Source: Calcarisporiella thermophila CBS 279.70 (taxonomy: Eukaryota > Fungi > Calcarisporiellomycota). From it: 64,000 nucleotides of DNA. Within the stretch, counting starts at the first letter, position 1, and the number at the start of each line of letters is the position of its first letter. Position numbers and translations under genes: made by a program. Of this stretch, positions 12,597 to 24,900 are shown piece by piece. The DNA is taken from positions 242,336-306,335 of the forward strand of contig NW_027192195.1 of the NCBI RefSeq assembly GCF_041956535.1, in the 5' to 3' direction. The notes below the pieces were generated by a model, which was not told where the DNA came from, searched no databases, and was given only the letters and a program-made list of their open reading frames with translations.

Positions 12597-13729
12597 TCAC
12601 TCCGTCGCTAACTGCATCTTCATCTGTGCAATGGCCCTGCCAGGGTTAAGCCCCTTGGGACATGTTTTCGCGCAGTTCATAATTGTGTGGCAACTGTTGG
12701 AGATGGAGGGAGAGAAAGAGAGAGAAAGAAAAAAGGGACGGGTTAGTGAGTCGATTCCAGCTTGCCGAGCTGAAGCACTCGGCGCCTCCCATCCCAACCG
12801 CACTTACCGGTACACGCTCATGTTGTTGTTGAGCTTTTCTCGGCGCTCGGGCCCAAACTCGTCACGGCTATCGGCCATCCACCGGTACGCCTGCATGAGC
12901 ACGGCAGGACCTAGGTATTCGTCCGAGTTCCACCAGTACGACGGGCAGGAGGTGGAGCAGCAGGCGCAGAGAATGCACTCATACAGCCCGTCCAACTTCT
13001 TTCGGTCCGCAATGCTCTGCAGGTTCTCCTTCTCGGGGGGTGCGCTGCGCTGCTTCAGATACGGCTCGATGGACTTGTACTGCTTGTAGAAGTGGGTGAG
13101 ATCGGGCACTAAGTCTTTGACGACATACATGCGAGGGAGGGGGTAGATTTTGACGGGCTTAGCACTACGCTCGATCTTGCAAATACAGGCGAGGGTGTTG
13201 GTGCCGTTGATGTTCATGGCGCAGGAGCCACAGATACCCTCACGGCACGAGCGCCGGAAGGTTAGCGTTGGATCATCCTCATTCTTGATCTTGATGAGCG
13301 CGTCGAGCACCATAGGGCCACATTGATTCAGATCGACGGTGTATGTCTGCATCCGGGGCTTCTCCGTGGGCTTGTCGGGATCCTAGAACCACGGCGCCAA
13401 TGAGAAGAAAGTGAGAAAGCCAGTGAATAAAAACATTAAATAACATCCATCCTAGCCCTACCCAGCGATAAATCTGAAAGGTTTTCTCGAAGCGGGGTTT
13501 GGGCTGGGAATTCAGGGGGGGTGAGGCTTCCACGGCCATGTTGTTTGCTGACGTGGTCTTGATGGTACGAATGGCAGCAAGCTGTGTCAAAGCATTTCCG
13601 CAAGTCAAAGCAATCAATTACACGAAAATAGAATCTAGTTAGCCATCGAGTTCCAACAAATTAGTCACCGGTCACAAGGACCGATCAAGGACATACCGGA
13701 GCTAGGCGGGGTCGAATGCTCATCAGCAT
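12597..13729 (-). CDS. SDH2: Succinate dehydrogenase iron-sulfur subunit, 4 exons
   Basis: [49 protein letters not shown] Fe-S motifs; basic mitochondrial presequence in exons 1-2. Confidence 0.97.
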
Positions 13730-14176
13730 GACCCGTGAATTTGTTAGCAGCGACATGGTTTTAGTGTCTCTCGCCCTTCGACAAAGATTGAGAAGTGAAA
13801 ATCACTGAGTAACAACTCGACCCCCGTTTTCCTCCGTACTTTATAAAAAAACGTGACGTCACATCTGAAGGATCTTATACTCCTGTCATTGGATAATGTT
13901 GACTTTTTTGACTGGCCTCGCAAATCGGAAATCCCCCCAAGAGCTTGCCCGCGCCATAAACACACTTAGTGAAGAGGGATTTGGAGGTCATGGTTGGCTG
14001 GCCTGTGGCACATCAAGCATAGGGGTTTTTTTTTTCATGCATGATAGATGCCAAGTCTACCAAGAGGATCGATTCCTTCCAGAAATTTCCCAAAATAACT
14101 CTAATGTCAAGTATAAAATGGGGGATGGCAAGACTCTAAAAAAGCTCTCAACTCTAAGACTAAAGCCAAAAAAGAG

Positions 14177-14704
14177 ATGCGCTTGCCTTCTTGTGTCCTT
14201 GCTTCCCTTCTCCTCCTCCATAGCCTCGGAGGCTCCCATGCCCAGAGCGCCACCACGCCCTCGGCTCCCGCCCCCAGTTTTCCCGCGGCTATCATCACGT
14301 GTCTACAGTGCGAGCAGAATTATTCCACCTTCCACACTTGTATGGAGAAATCCTCGCAACTTGCCAACATCACGTCGATTGCCGACGCGCCCAAGATCCT
14401 GGATGTGGCGAAATGCCTCTGCTCCCCATCGTTCCTGGGGGTGTACTCGCAGTGCCTCAAGTGTTTCCAGGAAACGGGCCAAATCCAACAGCAGCTGGGC
14501 ACGTTGCCCTTCAATGTGTCGGATTTTGTGAACGGGTGCAATGCCGTCACTGGAGTCTTGGAGCCAGTCACGTCGATTATTTCGAGTGTGGGGGGGAATA
14601 AGCCGACTGTGCCGACGAAACTACGGAAGAGGAGGCTGGAGATTGAGTCTTTGGATGCGTTGCAGAGCAAGCGGGGCAGGAGAAGAAGAGCCCGTGAAAA
14701 TTAA
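14177..14704 (+). CDS. Small secreted cysteine-rich protein
   Basis: Signal peptide; 8 Cys in the mature part (CxxC, C, CxC, CxxC, C); basic C-terminus with KR/RR sites; TATA-like TATAAAA at ~14112. Confidence 0.7.
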   Translation: MRLPSCVLASLLLLHSLGGSHAQSATTPSAPAPSFPAAIITCLQCEQNYSTFHTCMEKSSQLANITSIADAPKILDVAKCLCSPSFLGVYSQCLKCFQETGQIQQQLGTLPFNVSDFVNGCNAVTGVLEPVTSIISSVGGNKPTVPTKLRKRRLEIESLDALQSKRGRRRRAREN

Positions 14705-15382
14705 ACACCCAATTTTATTTAGTTTCACTTTTCTGTATTCGAGTGCATTCGTCAACTTAACGGCCATGGGTACAAATATTATTCCTAATATCTCATGTAA
14801 TAATTCTATAGAATATCGAAACAAGCAATTTTCGACTACTCTCTGTGGTTCGCAAACTACTTTTTATTCAAGAAATTTTTCAGCGTAGAAATAATTGAAG
14901 TGAAAGCTTTGCGATATTATTCAGATGGGTATCGGTCAGCCCATCCGGAGGATATGGAGCTCCTTGAAGAAGAAAGACGTAGAGGATATGCTTGTTAGGC
15001 AGTGAAACCTTGGTTTTCATTTATGGAGGAACTATACTCGCTCCAAAGTTGATTTCATGCACCAGCGCATTAACAAATTTAGCGAATTTTATTATGGTTC
15101 AAAATAGGCTCTTAAAATGGGGAGGGGGAGGGGAGAAGCTTATTAGGCTCTCCGGGGAGCAGCAAATCTTCCGAGAATGGACGCCTATGATGGCTGCAAT
15201 CATTTTTATTTTTCTATGCTCTCTCAGAGAGGGGATCGATTGGATATCATCACAATAGTAGGTTGGAATAATTTTACGCCAGTACAGAGGATACAAGGAA
15301 AATATACAATTGCTTCAATCACTGAAAAATGGACTGTCCTATCGCGCTTAGTATGATTCATGGACGTGTACCGCACCGCCAT

Positions 15383-17063
15383 CTAATCTCTCCGATACTT
15401 GTAAGTGATCACCGGACGAAATGTGGCGACCACAGAAATGATCCCCAGGTCGACCAAATCGCTGATGACCGTGTCGATGGATTTGTACGCTTCCGGAGCC
15501 TCCTCTAACAAAAGCTCCCGGTCCTCACATATAACCGTGCTTCCAAGCGGGGTAGTCTTGAGATGATCGACGTTGGCCCGGTATTTTTCCTTAAGGCGAG
15601 AGCTTGCTTTCGAGCGCGTTAGACGGCGGCCAGCTCCGTGCGCCACGGAATATCCTATACAATATATTGGATTAGGAGAGGCCATGAACTCAGGTTATTG
15701 TAGTAACCTAGGCAAAAATTAAAAACAATTACCATTATGACTCTGGTTGCCGCGACTTTTTACCAAGTAGCTGTAGCTGCCTCGTGACCCAGGGATGACC
15801 ATAAAGCCCATATCAGAGGGGGCGGCGCCTTTCCGGTGCAGCCATAGCTCGCTCGATTCTGAATCGGAAGTTGGGTCGGTAGAGGAATCGAGGGAGACCG
15901 TCTTGCGGACGATGTTATTATGCCAGAGATCCAACAACTTAGGTGTGACGGCATCCGAAGACTCCACTTGAAGTAGAGAGAATATGCGGTGTGCTATGAG
16001 GTCGCGATTGGCCTTGGCCCACATACAGGCATGGTCGTGAAGCTTCATGTAGGCGTCAAATTCTTCGGAGCCCACCGAGAGCCCCTTCGTTCCGTGGGGA
16101 GCGGTGTGTGCTTCTAGAATAGATTTGCCGTAGCCCCGAGATCCGCTGTGCACCAAAAGGAAGAGGTGGTCCTGGTCTACCTCGGCCCAGTCGCTCCAGG
16201 CTTCTTGGTCCTGTATACTCTCCACGGCCAGAAACTCGGCAAAGTGATTTCCGGCGCCAATCGTGCCAAGAGACCCATCAAAAGGCGTGGTTTCTATGTT
16301 CCTTTGAGCCAACCACTGCGATGTATTGCCTTCCCATGGGCGCTCCAACCCAACCAGCCTCTGCGCCAAAGTGGAGGGCTTCACCGTAGCCGGAATGGTG
16401 GTACAATAGAAAAGCGCCATCCCACAACCTATGTCGCCACCTACCAAGGCCGGGTAGATAATACTCTGTGTCCCGAATACGGCACCAATAGGATGGGAGT
16501 TGCCCGGATGCAAATCAGGCATTCCCAGCGCTAGACGCACGCCGGGGAGTTGAGCGGTGCTTTCTAACTGCTGGAGAGCCACTGGATCGATTTCAACCTC
16601 TTTGGCAAGGATGCGCAAGTCGACGGGCTGAGACAAATTGGGAGCGTGTGTCGTCGATGTTGAAGCAGTTTTCGACGGCCCAATAAAGTTTTCGCCGCAA
16701 GAAATTAGCAAGACACTAGATAGGAGTAAAAATAATTTTTTGTGAATAAAATCTCAAAGCGCAGGATAGTAATAAATGGCCCTTGTCGGCCGTGTCTTTA
16801 TCAGCTTACCAATCATCGTGTAGGCCTTCGGTGTATGCATTTCTATCCATAGTGTCGAACAGCTCCTTCCCGGTCGATTCGAAAATCCGAGTCGGCTTTT
16901 TGAGACGAAACTTTCTCTTGGCCAGCTCCAATATTTTGGTGTGAAACTGGATGACAGATACATTCTGATCATCGTCTAGTGGATCTGGCGACTCGACGAT
17001 CACCACGGTCCTGATGGTTTGATTGCAATTGCTGACTAGCGTGAGTCGTATTTTAGCAGGCAT
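15383..17063 (-). CDS. rtcB: RtcB-family RNA 3'-phosphate/5'-OH ligase of the release-factor-H-coupled (RtcB2-like) type with N-terminal KHA/ubiquitin-like domain, 3 exons
   Basis: MPDLHPG, GGDIGCGM, LGTIGAGNHFAE, VHSGSRG, WHN, LHRKGAAP, IPGSRG, SVAHGAGR, EEAPEAYK; in-frame GT-AG introns 16716-16809 and 15655-15732. Confidence 0.92.
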
Positions 17064-17947
17064 GCGGATTCTTGTGAGTGAGCTAGAGACAAAGCAAGCC
17101 AATGTAGTGAAATAAAATAAGAGGCTGCCATGGAAACTCTGCGTCCTTTATGCCCTATTTATAAGAGCAACCGCGATGGTGGATGGGATGGTTTAAAATT
17201 AAGATTATTGCTTCACTAGGCATGGCTAGACAACTCCACGTAGCAACAATAAGGAATATTTACCTAATGCAGCAATTCGCAGTCTTGCGAGTGATGTATT
17301 CATAATTCAACAGTCATATTAATTAGAATTACCAAAAGTACCAGGCTTACGGAAGCTGGCTCCTACTGCCAAAGCCAGCCAAAAATGATCTCATCCAGTT
17401 CTTCAATAATCTTAGTTTTTTTCTTTTTTTCGACGATCTATCCTCGAACTATGTGTTAACCGAAAATTATATCCAGAGGGAGAGACGCTGGTACAGCTAC
17501 AAGGATCTAGTGTCCATGGGTCCCCCCTGCAGTAACTCTACATCCAAACCTGCTTTCTCAGAATACGGCCGGGAATAATTTAATGCGTCATACAGTCCTT
17601 TATGGTTGGCCATAGCCTTCTAGGAAAAGAGTCAGGGATGCAACTGTGTTGGGGTCCCGTCCTCCTCGATGGCCTATGGCGGCAAAGAAATCTAGTGAGA
17701 GGTATACATGGAAAATGCGGATCCAAAAAAGGATGGAGCATTGAGATATTAATCTAGGTTATAATGTAGGTTAGGGGGTGCGGGATTATATTTTTAAATA
17801 TCCGTGCTAAGAATAAACACTTAAATTTCCGTTACACGGCCCGTTGCCACCCCCTTTAATATTAATACCTTAATATCCTGATTTCTCGGCATGGCTCAAT
17901 TTTAGTCAAGTCTCATAACTCGATCTCCCTCCTCTTTAAAGTGTATA

Positions 17948-18632
17948 ATGACATTAGCAACGCACCTAATAGCGACACTCTTTTTCCTCTCCGCTCTTCT
18001 CTCATGCTTGGCCGCTCCACTCAATACCACGATCGGCACCAGCCAGTTCACGATGGAGAACACATGCAATGCTGGTAAGTCCTTGCTTTTGTTTTTCGGG
18101 CTCATTATACTATGTTCTTGTAACCCATGGCCTCATCCGCCCCCTCCCCCCCCCCTCCCTCCAACCATTAGATGTGACGACCATGGATGCCAAAAAGAAA
18201 TTCGGAAAGCAACGAGATCTCGGCGTCACCTGGTCATTTTCTCTCCCCTTTAACAAGTGGCAACCGGCCGGACCACCCGTCCCTATCATAGTCGATGGCC
18301 ATATGCACAAATTCAACCACCTAATCATTATTGCCACTACTCTTTCCCTCGATCACGTTGGGCAGTGGGAGATTCCTGGCCCGGGTTTTGCGACCGTGGA
18401 CGATTGCCAGGGCGGAAACAAGGGGGCTACACTGGTCACAACCAACAGGACCGAGTTGGGCCCGCAGGTGCAGTTGGTCTGGCATCCACCCAAGGAATCG
18501 GACTTGGGGGTGATCCAGTTCTTCAGTTGCGTAGCGTCGATTGAGCTGGAGGGATATCAGTGTTGGGCATCGGACGGAATAGAAGAGGAAAAAGTGAGGC
18601 CGACCATCGATTTATTAGACCTGTTTCAATAG
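17948..18632 (+). CDS. Secreted Reeler-domain-like protein, 2 exons
   Basis: Signal peptide; intron 18075-18171 in frame; HVGQW...C.G...ATL.T.N......V.LVW.PP...G.IQF pattern typical of Reeler domains. Confidence 0.65.
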
Positions 18633-18964
18633 AATCGGATAGAGAAAATGCCCAAACTACTGTTCCAAGTTGTTGTATATTTATTGTCTGTAATTATTTT
18701 ATTGTATAAAGATTGTTTGCCTACTCTTTCAGCCGGAGGAACATCAACTACACTCTTCTGTCTTCTTGTGGGAGAAAGCGTTTCAAGCGTTATAGGATAA
18801 TCTTGTTGGTTATAGGCGACACTGTGAGGGAGAAATACATTTGTACAAAAAAAAAATAGCAATGCCATTAGCGTTGATAAAGAAAAAGACTTCCACGTTG
18901 ACTCGCTAAATGATAAGCCGGACCGCTCCCATTCTTTGGTGCTATAGCCTATGGGAGGGAGATA

Positions 18965-20278
18965 TCACCTTCGCGAAGCAGACCGTTGGATCTGCGACCG
19001 CGTTTTTCTCGCAATGGGAGTTTCATCCTCGATCATCTCCTCCGTATCCGCTGTCGACATTTCTTGGGTTTCTCTTGTCGATCTTCTGGGCGTGTTCACC
19101 GCAGCAGACGTGCTTCTTCTTGAAGTGGCCTCTCCCAGTGGCGGATGGTTTACTTGGGTAGCTGTTGAGTCTTGCTCTTCTTCAGCAGGAAATACTATGA
19201 GGGTAGGGTCAACACCGACTCGGAGGTTGAAATCCCACAGAGAATTACACTGGGGACATCGGGGAGTTTGATTCCCAGTGCGATTAAAATATGCAGAGGA
19301 GCAAGGGTGGTGGATACGGACCGGACACTGAAGAGTAGCACATCGCTGACCCTATGCAAAGGTATGGATAAATGTTTCGTTATAAGACGCTCTGCTGGAA
19401 GGGAGAAAATAACACGTCTTACGATAGTCACGTATTCATAGCAAAGCGTGCACTCTCGAATATATCCCTCATAATTATCTTTAAAGAAACTCTGCAACTC
19501 GAGTATACAACGCGTGCTCATGGCATATTTCCCGTCACTAAAGGCCAGAGAATGAGCGTGCTATAGATTGTGACAATAAAAACCAATTTCTACCTTGTTT
19601 TGATGAGCCACCCATGGTCGACAAACCGCTGCAGCAATTCCTCTGTGTCATTCCGAGATATCGGCACCTTTTGGTTGGTTCCTTCACGGACCGCCACCAT
19701 GGATCCTACTGAGAATTCCTCGTCTTCATTGCAAATGATGATTTCAAGCTAGCATATGATAAGGAAACGGATATCAACATCGACCACGGCCAAGGGTTGT
19801 TTAAAAAACACTCACAATTTTCTTGAAGTATGCCATTTCATTTGGTGTAAACTCCGTGGCTAATTGCGCTATCTCATCTCCCTTTCGGTTAACCTACAGT
19901 GATATCCATTTGAGAATTCAATGATGCTGACATAGGAGCAAAGACTTTATGGCGCATACTAATGCATAAACCACTCTCCCTCCCCTTGCTTCACTATGCC
20001 CCCGCCGCAACTCCAGCCCAAGGGAATCCAGCCCTTGATTGATATCGCTTATCCACGAAGATATACTGTTGCATTCTTCATCAATATCCCTATCTAACAA
20101 GCACCACTACTGTCACGATTTCTTTTCCAGCACAGAAAAAAAGACTTCAAGTGTCAAGTATACCGGTTGTAGAGCGGTAGGATTGACGTAGTAGATCAAT
20201 TGCGTCCTCTTCAGTGACGATTCGGCGAGAGACACAGGCTTGCAGGAAGAGCCGATGAGTGTCAGTGAATCTAACCAT
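18965..20278 (-). CDS. NSE1: Smc5/6 complex subunit Nse1 (winged helices + RING-like), multi-exon
   Basis: N-term HRLFLQACVSRR; LVN..GDEIAQLATEFT.NEMAYFKK; LLQRFVDHGWL; STRCILELQSF; C..C...H..C..CPQC RING-like finger. Confidence 0.88.
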
Positions 20279-20475
20279 CTCCTAGATTTTCATCGACTCG
20301 CGTGTGCACGAAAAAAACTCGTTTTGCTTGCTGAGGACCGGATGGAAGGGACAACCGTTGCCCTGTTTTCTCGTGTCTCTATTTTTCTCGTCGCGTGAGG
20401 ACTGTCTTTTTTGTCGTACTTTTTTCCATTCGGAGATTCTATTATATCTGTTCCGGTTCACAAACATCATACATT

Positions 20476-21634
20476 ATGTTTATAGGCATCACTGGGATGC
20501 CATTTTGTGGCAAGCACACGGTGGCCCACTTCCTCGTGCAGCAGTATGGATTCCATTTTCTGGCGCTACGGCATGGAGTCACCCATAATGCGCGCGACTT
20601 TGGGGATGTCGAAGAGTTTGAAGCAGCAACAGACATGTTGAATTACGTGACGAAGCGATGGACGGAAAATTTTGTCACATGCGATGTGATTGATTTAGAG
20701 ACATTGAAAATTTTTCGGTAAACATCTCATGCTGTCCCGGTGGAAAATTGAGGAAACAAAAGCTGATCCTAGTGACTTTAGAAAACGGCCCTTTTTTTTG
20801 CTGATTGCAGTGGAATGCCCCGTAACAATACGATACCAACGCGCCATTGAAAGGTCTGAATCAACCACTGCTCTGCTTGCTTGTGTCATAGAAGCGCGAT
20901 GGCTAACGCTGCATGATATTCAACTATGAAACAGGTTCCGTTCCACTGGAAGAGAGGAGCCAACCTTCGAGTCTTTCGTGACCACCTCGGACGCAGCCCT
21001 CTTCAATTTGCACCCCACCAACCCCAAAGAGCCTAACTCTACCACCCCGCTCTATACCTGTCAAGCCTCTGCCGATATCACCGTCGTGAACCGGTATACC
21101 ACCCTGGCTCCATTGCACGCAGAGCTCTTAGAGCTCGACCTCGCCAATCCCGAAAGAATCAGACCGAGCTGGGATGCCTACTTCATGCACCTGTCGGATC
21201 TGGCGGCACGGCGATCAAACTGTATGAAGCGGAGGGTAGGATGTATTATCGTGAAGGACGGTCGCGTCGTCGCGACCGGATACAATGGGACGCCGCGTGG
21301 ACTGCCCAATTGCAACGAGGGAGGGTGCCCGCGTTGCAATGCGGGAACAGGGCAGGGGGCTGGTCTCGACAAGTGCCTTTGCCTCCACGCTGAGGAGAAT
21401 GCGCTCTTGGAGGCAGGGCGCGAGCGGGTTGGCGTAAACAGCATCCTCTATTGTAATACGTGTCCTTGTCTTGGGTGCGCAATCAAGATCATACAGACGG
21501 GTATCCATGAGGTGGTGTTCGCCAGGCCATTCCACATGGATGAGGAGAGCATAGCCTTGTTTCGCAGAGCGGGCGTCGTGGTTAGACAGCATTTACCCCC
21601 AAGCATGAAACTAGAGACGCAAAGGTTTATATGA
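20476..21634 (+). CDS. DCD1: dCMP deaminase with N-terminal P-loop-like domain, 3 exons
   Basis: MFIGITG...GK; RPSWDAYFM; RSNCMKRRVG; TGYNGTP; CLHAEENAL; PCLGC zinc-site motifs. Confidence 0.95.
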
Positions 21635-21988
21635 GGGATAGGGACATCCATGGGTATGGCAGGGACATTGTATTTCTTGTTTGTCAATATTATCTGAAAA
21701 TAATCGATACTATAAAAAATTGAAGAGATAGAGAGAGAAATGAAAAATAGAAGGGAAAAAAGAGAAAAGCCCTTACAAAAAGCAAATAAGCTAAAAGAAA
21801 AATGGCTTCTAGAAAGAAAAAAAACACAATAGAAACAATCGACTATTATCAACTCCACCATTTTCATTCAAGAGATGTATATCCAAATCATCCAACCAAG
21901 AAAAAAGAAAAAAAGAAACGGCAACAAAATAAAGAAATAAAAATCAAACGGCATCATGAAATGGAACAAGCGTAGTCAATAAACAGCT

Positions 21989-24900
21989 TCACGTCGACAA
22001 CACGGTCCCCACGGAAATTGCGTTCATATGCTCCAAATACTTGCGCTTTTCCTCCTCCTCTTTCTGCTGCTGCTGCTGCGTCTGCTCCTCAATCTCTCTT
22101 CGCTCGGCCTCCACCTCCTCCAGCACCTCTTCTTCTGTGGCCAAACTTGGCAATGTCGTCCCCTTGCCTCCCCCTGAATTCAAACCTCCCGTGGATGGGT
22201 GGTGGCGGATCCGACTAAATTCCGCCGGGGTCGAGAGCGAATGCTGCCGACTGCGCCGGAGCGCGGGAACTGGCCGACTTGGGAGCATGGGGGGAGAGCC
22301 GCGCAGTTCTGCGCGCGGCGGAGGTGAGGGGGGGCTAAGGTTAAGGGGGAGGGAATCCGGCTGGGAATTTATTGCCGCAGAGGTGGTGTCGAGAGAAAGG
22401 GGGGGTGAGGATATGGTTGCCGATTTGGAGTACTGGTGCCGGGGAGGTTTTGCTGGTGTTGACGATGCCCCGGTGCTGAACTCGGAACTCCTTCCCTTCC
22501 CCTTGTTTTTCTCTCTCTCTCCCGCTTCGGTTTCTGCCCAATCTCCTTCCCTCTCTTCCAAGCCCTTGTCGTCTGCTGATGTCCATTCCCCCCACTGGGA
22601 TTGTGACTGATCAGCGGAAGATTGACCATTCGGTATTCTCGCCCCTGAGACTCCCTGGCTCGACGAGGTAAACAAGTTTCGCGCCGTCTCCGTTGAACTC
22701 CCCCATGAATGACTCGAGCTGCTCCCCGCAGAACGCCGCCAGGATTGTTTGATATAGCGAGAGGCCGAAACAACGGCGGATGCCGCCGTAGTCAACCGAG
22801 AATCTCGCTCCTCCCCATTCTTGTTTCGACCGGCCAGAATCCGGACCGCCATGTCCATCATCGGGCGGGATTTTTCGCGCTGTTGCTGAAAGCTGCCGCC
22901 GGACCACCGCTTGCTATCTTTAGGGAATTCGATCGGCCTGCCTCTACCCATTGGTCTTCCAGGTGTCCCGGGTGGTTTTGCCGACGCCGAAAATAGAGAG
23001 GAATCAGTCATGGTAGAGGGTGTCAGCGACGAATCATCTTCCTCATTAGCGTCTGCCTCATCTACCGAGACTAGCTGCGGAGGCGCAGTAGCAGCATCGT
23101 CCGAGTGTTGTTGATGTTGCGTCAAGGAAGACAAGGCGGGCTCACTGCCGCTTCTAGGGATCTCATTGTTCTTTTCGTGACCTTGCTGCCGGTTCACCTC
23201 CAAGGAGTCGCTGCTGTGCTCATGGAGAGCAGACTTGGCGGGCGAAACGGCGTCTGCTGCCTCCAGCGCCTTACTGGCTACACTTGTTGCGATGCTTGAG
23301 TTCGGGCGCGTGTTTGGAGTGGAGCTAACTGTGTCGGCGGAGATGTGTGTAGTGCTTGCCGATTTCGGCATGATTATGGAGGAGTGCCGCGAGGTTGGAG
23401 CCGAGGGAGAGGATTTGTGGCCCGCGGATGAGATGCTCGCAGGGGTTGACTGGGAGAGCCTCTCGTGCTCCTCCTTTTGTGCGGCTCTGGGAGTTTTTTT
23501 ATTTTTACGACGGCGCAACTCCCCATGTGCTAATTGTCGCTCTGAGGTGGATGCCTGCTCTGTTGCATCTTTATCTACATCCTCCTCTTTATTCCTCTCT
23601 TCCTTACCCAATTTGACTTTACCACCGCGGGCCTTTTGTCCCGGTTTGTCTCCCTTCTCTTCCGTAGTATTGTTTGCCGTGTCCACACGGCTGCTCGACG
23701 CCGCAGAACTTTCCGTAGAGATTGGAATGCCACTTTCCGCTGGAACAGCCTCGTCAAATATTCCACCAAGCCCTCCTGTAGGGAAAAACGGAAAGTCGTC
23801 CATATTGGGAAGGACCATAGCCTCCTGAATCATGTCCCGTATCCGCGCCTCAATCACGCTGATAATCGTGGTGGAGCGGACCTGTTTAGCAGACACGACC
23901 GGCTCGATCTCAAGATCCAGCTCAGGCATGTCGTAGAAGCCTAGCCAGAAGCGATTAGTTGGAGGGGCTTTGATACGGAGTTGCATTTTCCCGCTTAATT
24001 GTCGGATCACCACTGCAAGCACAAGTGTCATCTGGATCGGCTTCATGCGCGACGAATAACTGAAGGTTGCCACCGTTTGAAACACAACTCGGAACCCGCC
24101 TCCATACACCATGTTGAACTCGGCTGTCAGATCCCCGGTCGGCTGAATCTCCAGCAGCCGCGGATGCGTGATGAAAGGGAGACTGTCCCCTACGTGCACT
24201 TCACGCACCTGAAACTTCCCGAGAAACGATGGCCTCTTTATTTTGGTCGACTTTTTCACGATTTTTTTGACGAAATAGTCGCGCACCGCCTCCGTCTTGT
24301 AGATTCCCAGGAAGATCCGGCCCAAAATTGCGTTGAGCCATTGGGTGTGGAAGTGGTGCTCGTCCGAGTGCACCGTCTGGATCAACTCCTGGATGGCGGC
24401 CTGGTCGAATCTCGCACGTCCCCCAAGCCCCTCCACCCCCACCGAATCCTCCTGAGACATCGTGGAGGCCCTGAGCAAAGCAAAGTACCAGTCTTCTTTT
24501 TCAATAGGCCTGTCGCAAAATATATAGTAGTCGTTGCTTATCCGCGGGTCCAACATATCCTCGTCCTGCTCCTCCCTCGTCAACCGTATAGAGTTGGGCC
24601 GAAGAAAGACCTCATTATCCGGCAGATGCTCCGGATACAGCGAAACTTTGTGGAGGGATAAAACTATGACGCCCTTACAATCCATCTGCATCTCACTGTC
24701 GTATAGAAAAAGAGTGTTGAATTTGAGCACGGCGAAAAATGCATCTTTTGGACGTTTTGGGGCGGCTGGCTTGTTCTTATCCATGAAAGACTGAATTCCT
24801 TGCATCATAAGACCGCTGAGATAGCCGCCTTCCAAATTGGGTTTTGGAAGGTATTCCCGACTAACACGGATCCAGCCAGACCGGAAGCTCTGAGCATTGG

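Noticed and set aside
14900-15300. PrfH-like partner or helicase remnant next to rtcB (LEEERRRGY-like peptide)
   Set aside because: No GGQ motif, frames interrupted by stops, similarity too short
17330-17420. LINE reverse-transcriptase remnant (KIIEELDEIIFGWLW on minus strand)
   Set aside because: Single short peptide without other RT or endonuclease motifs
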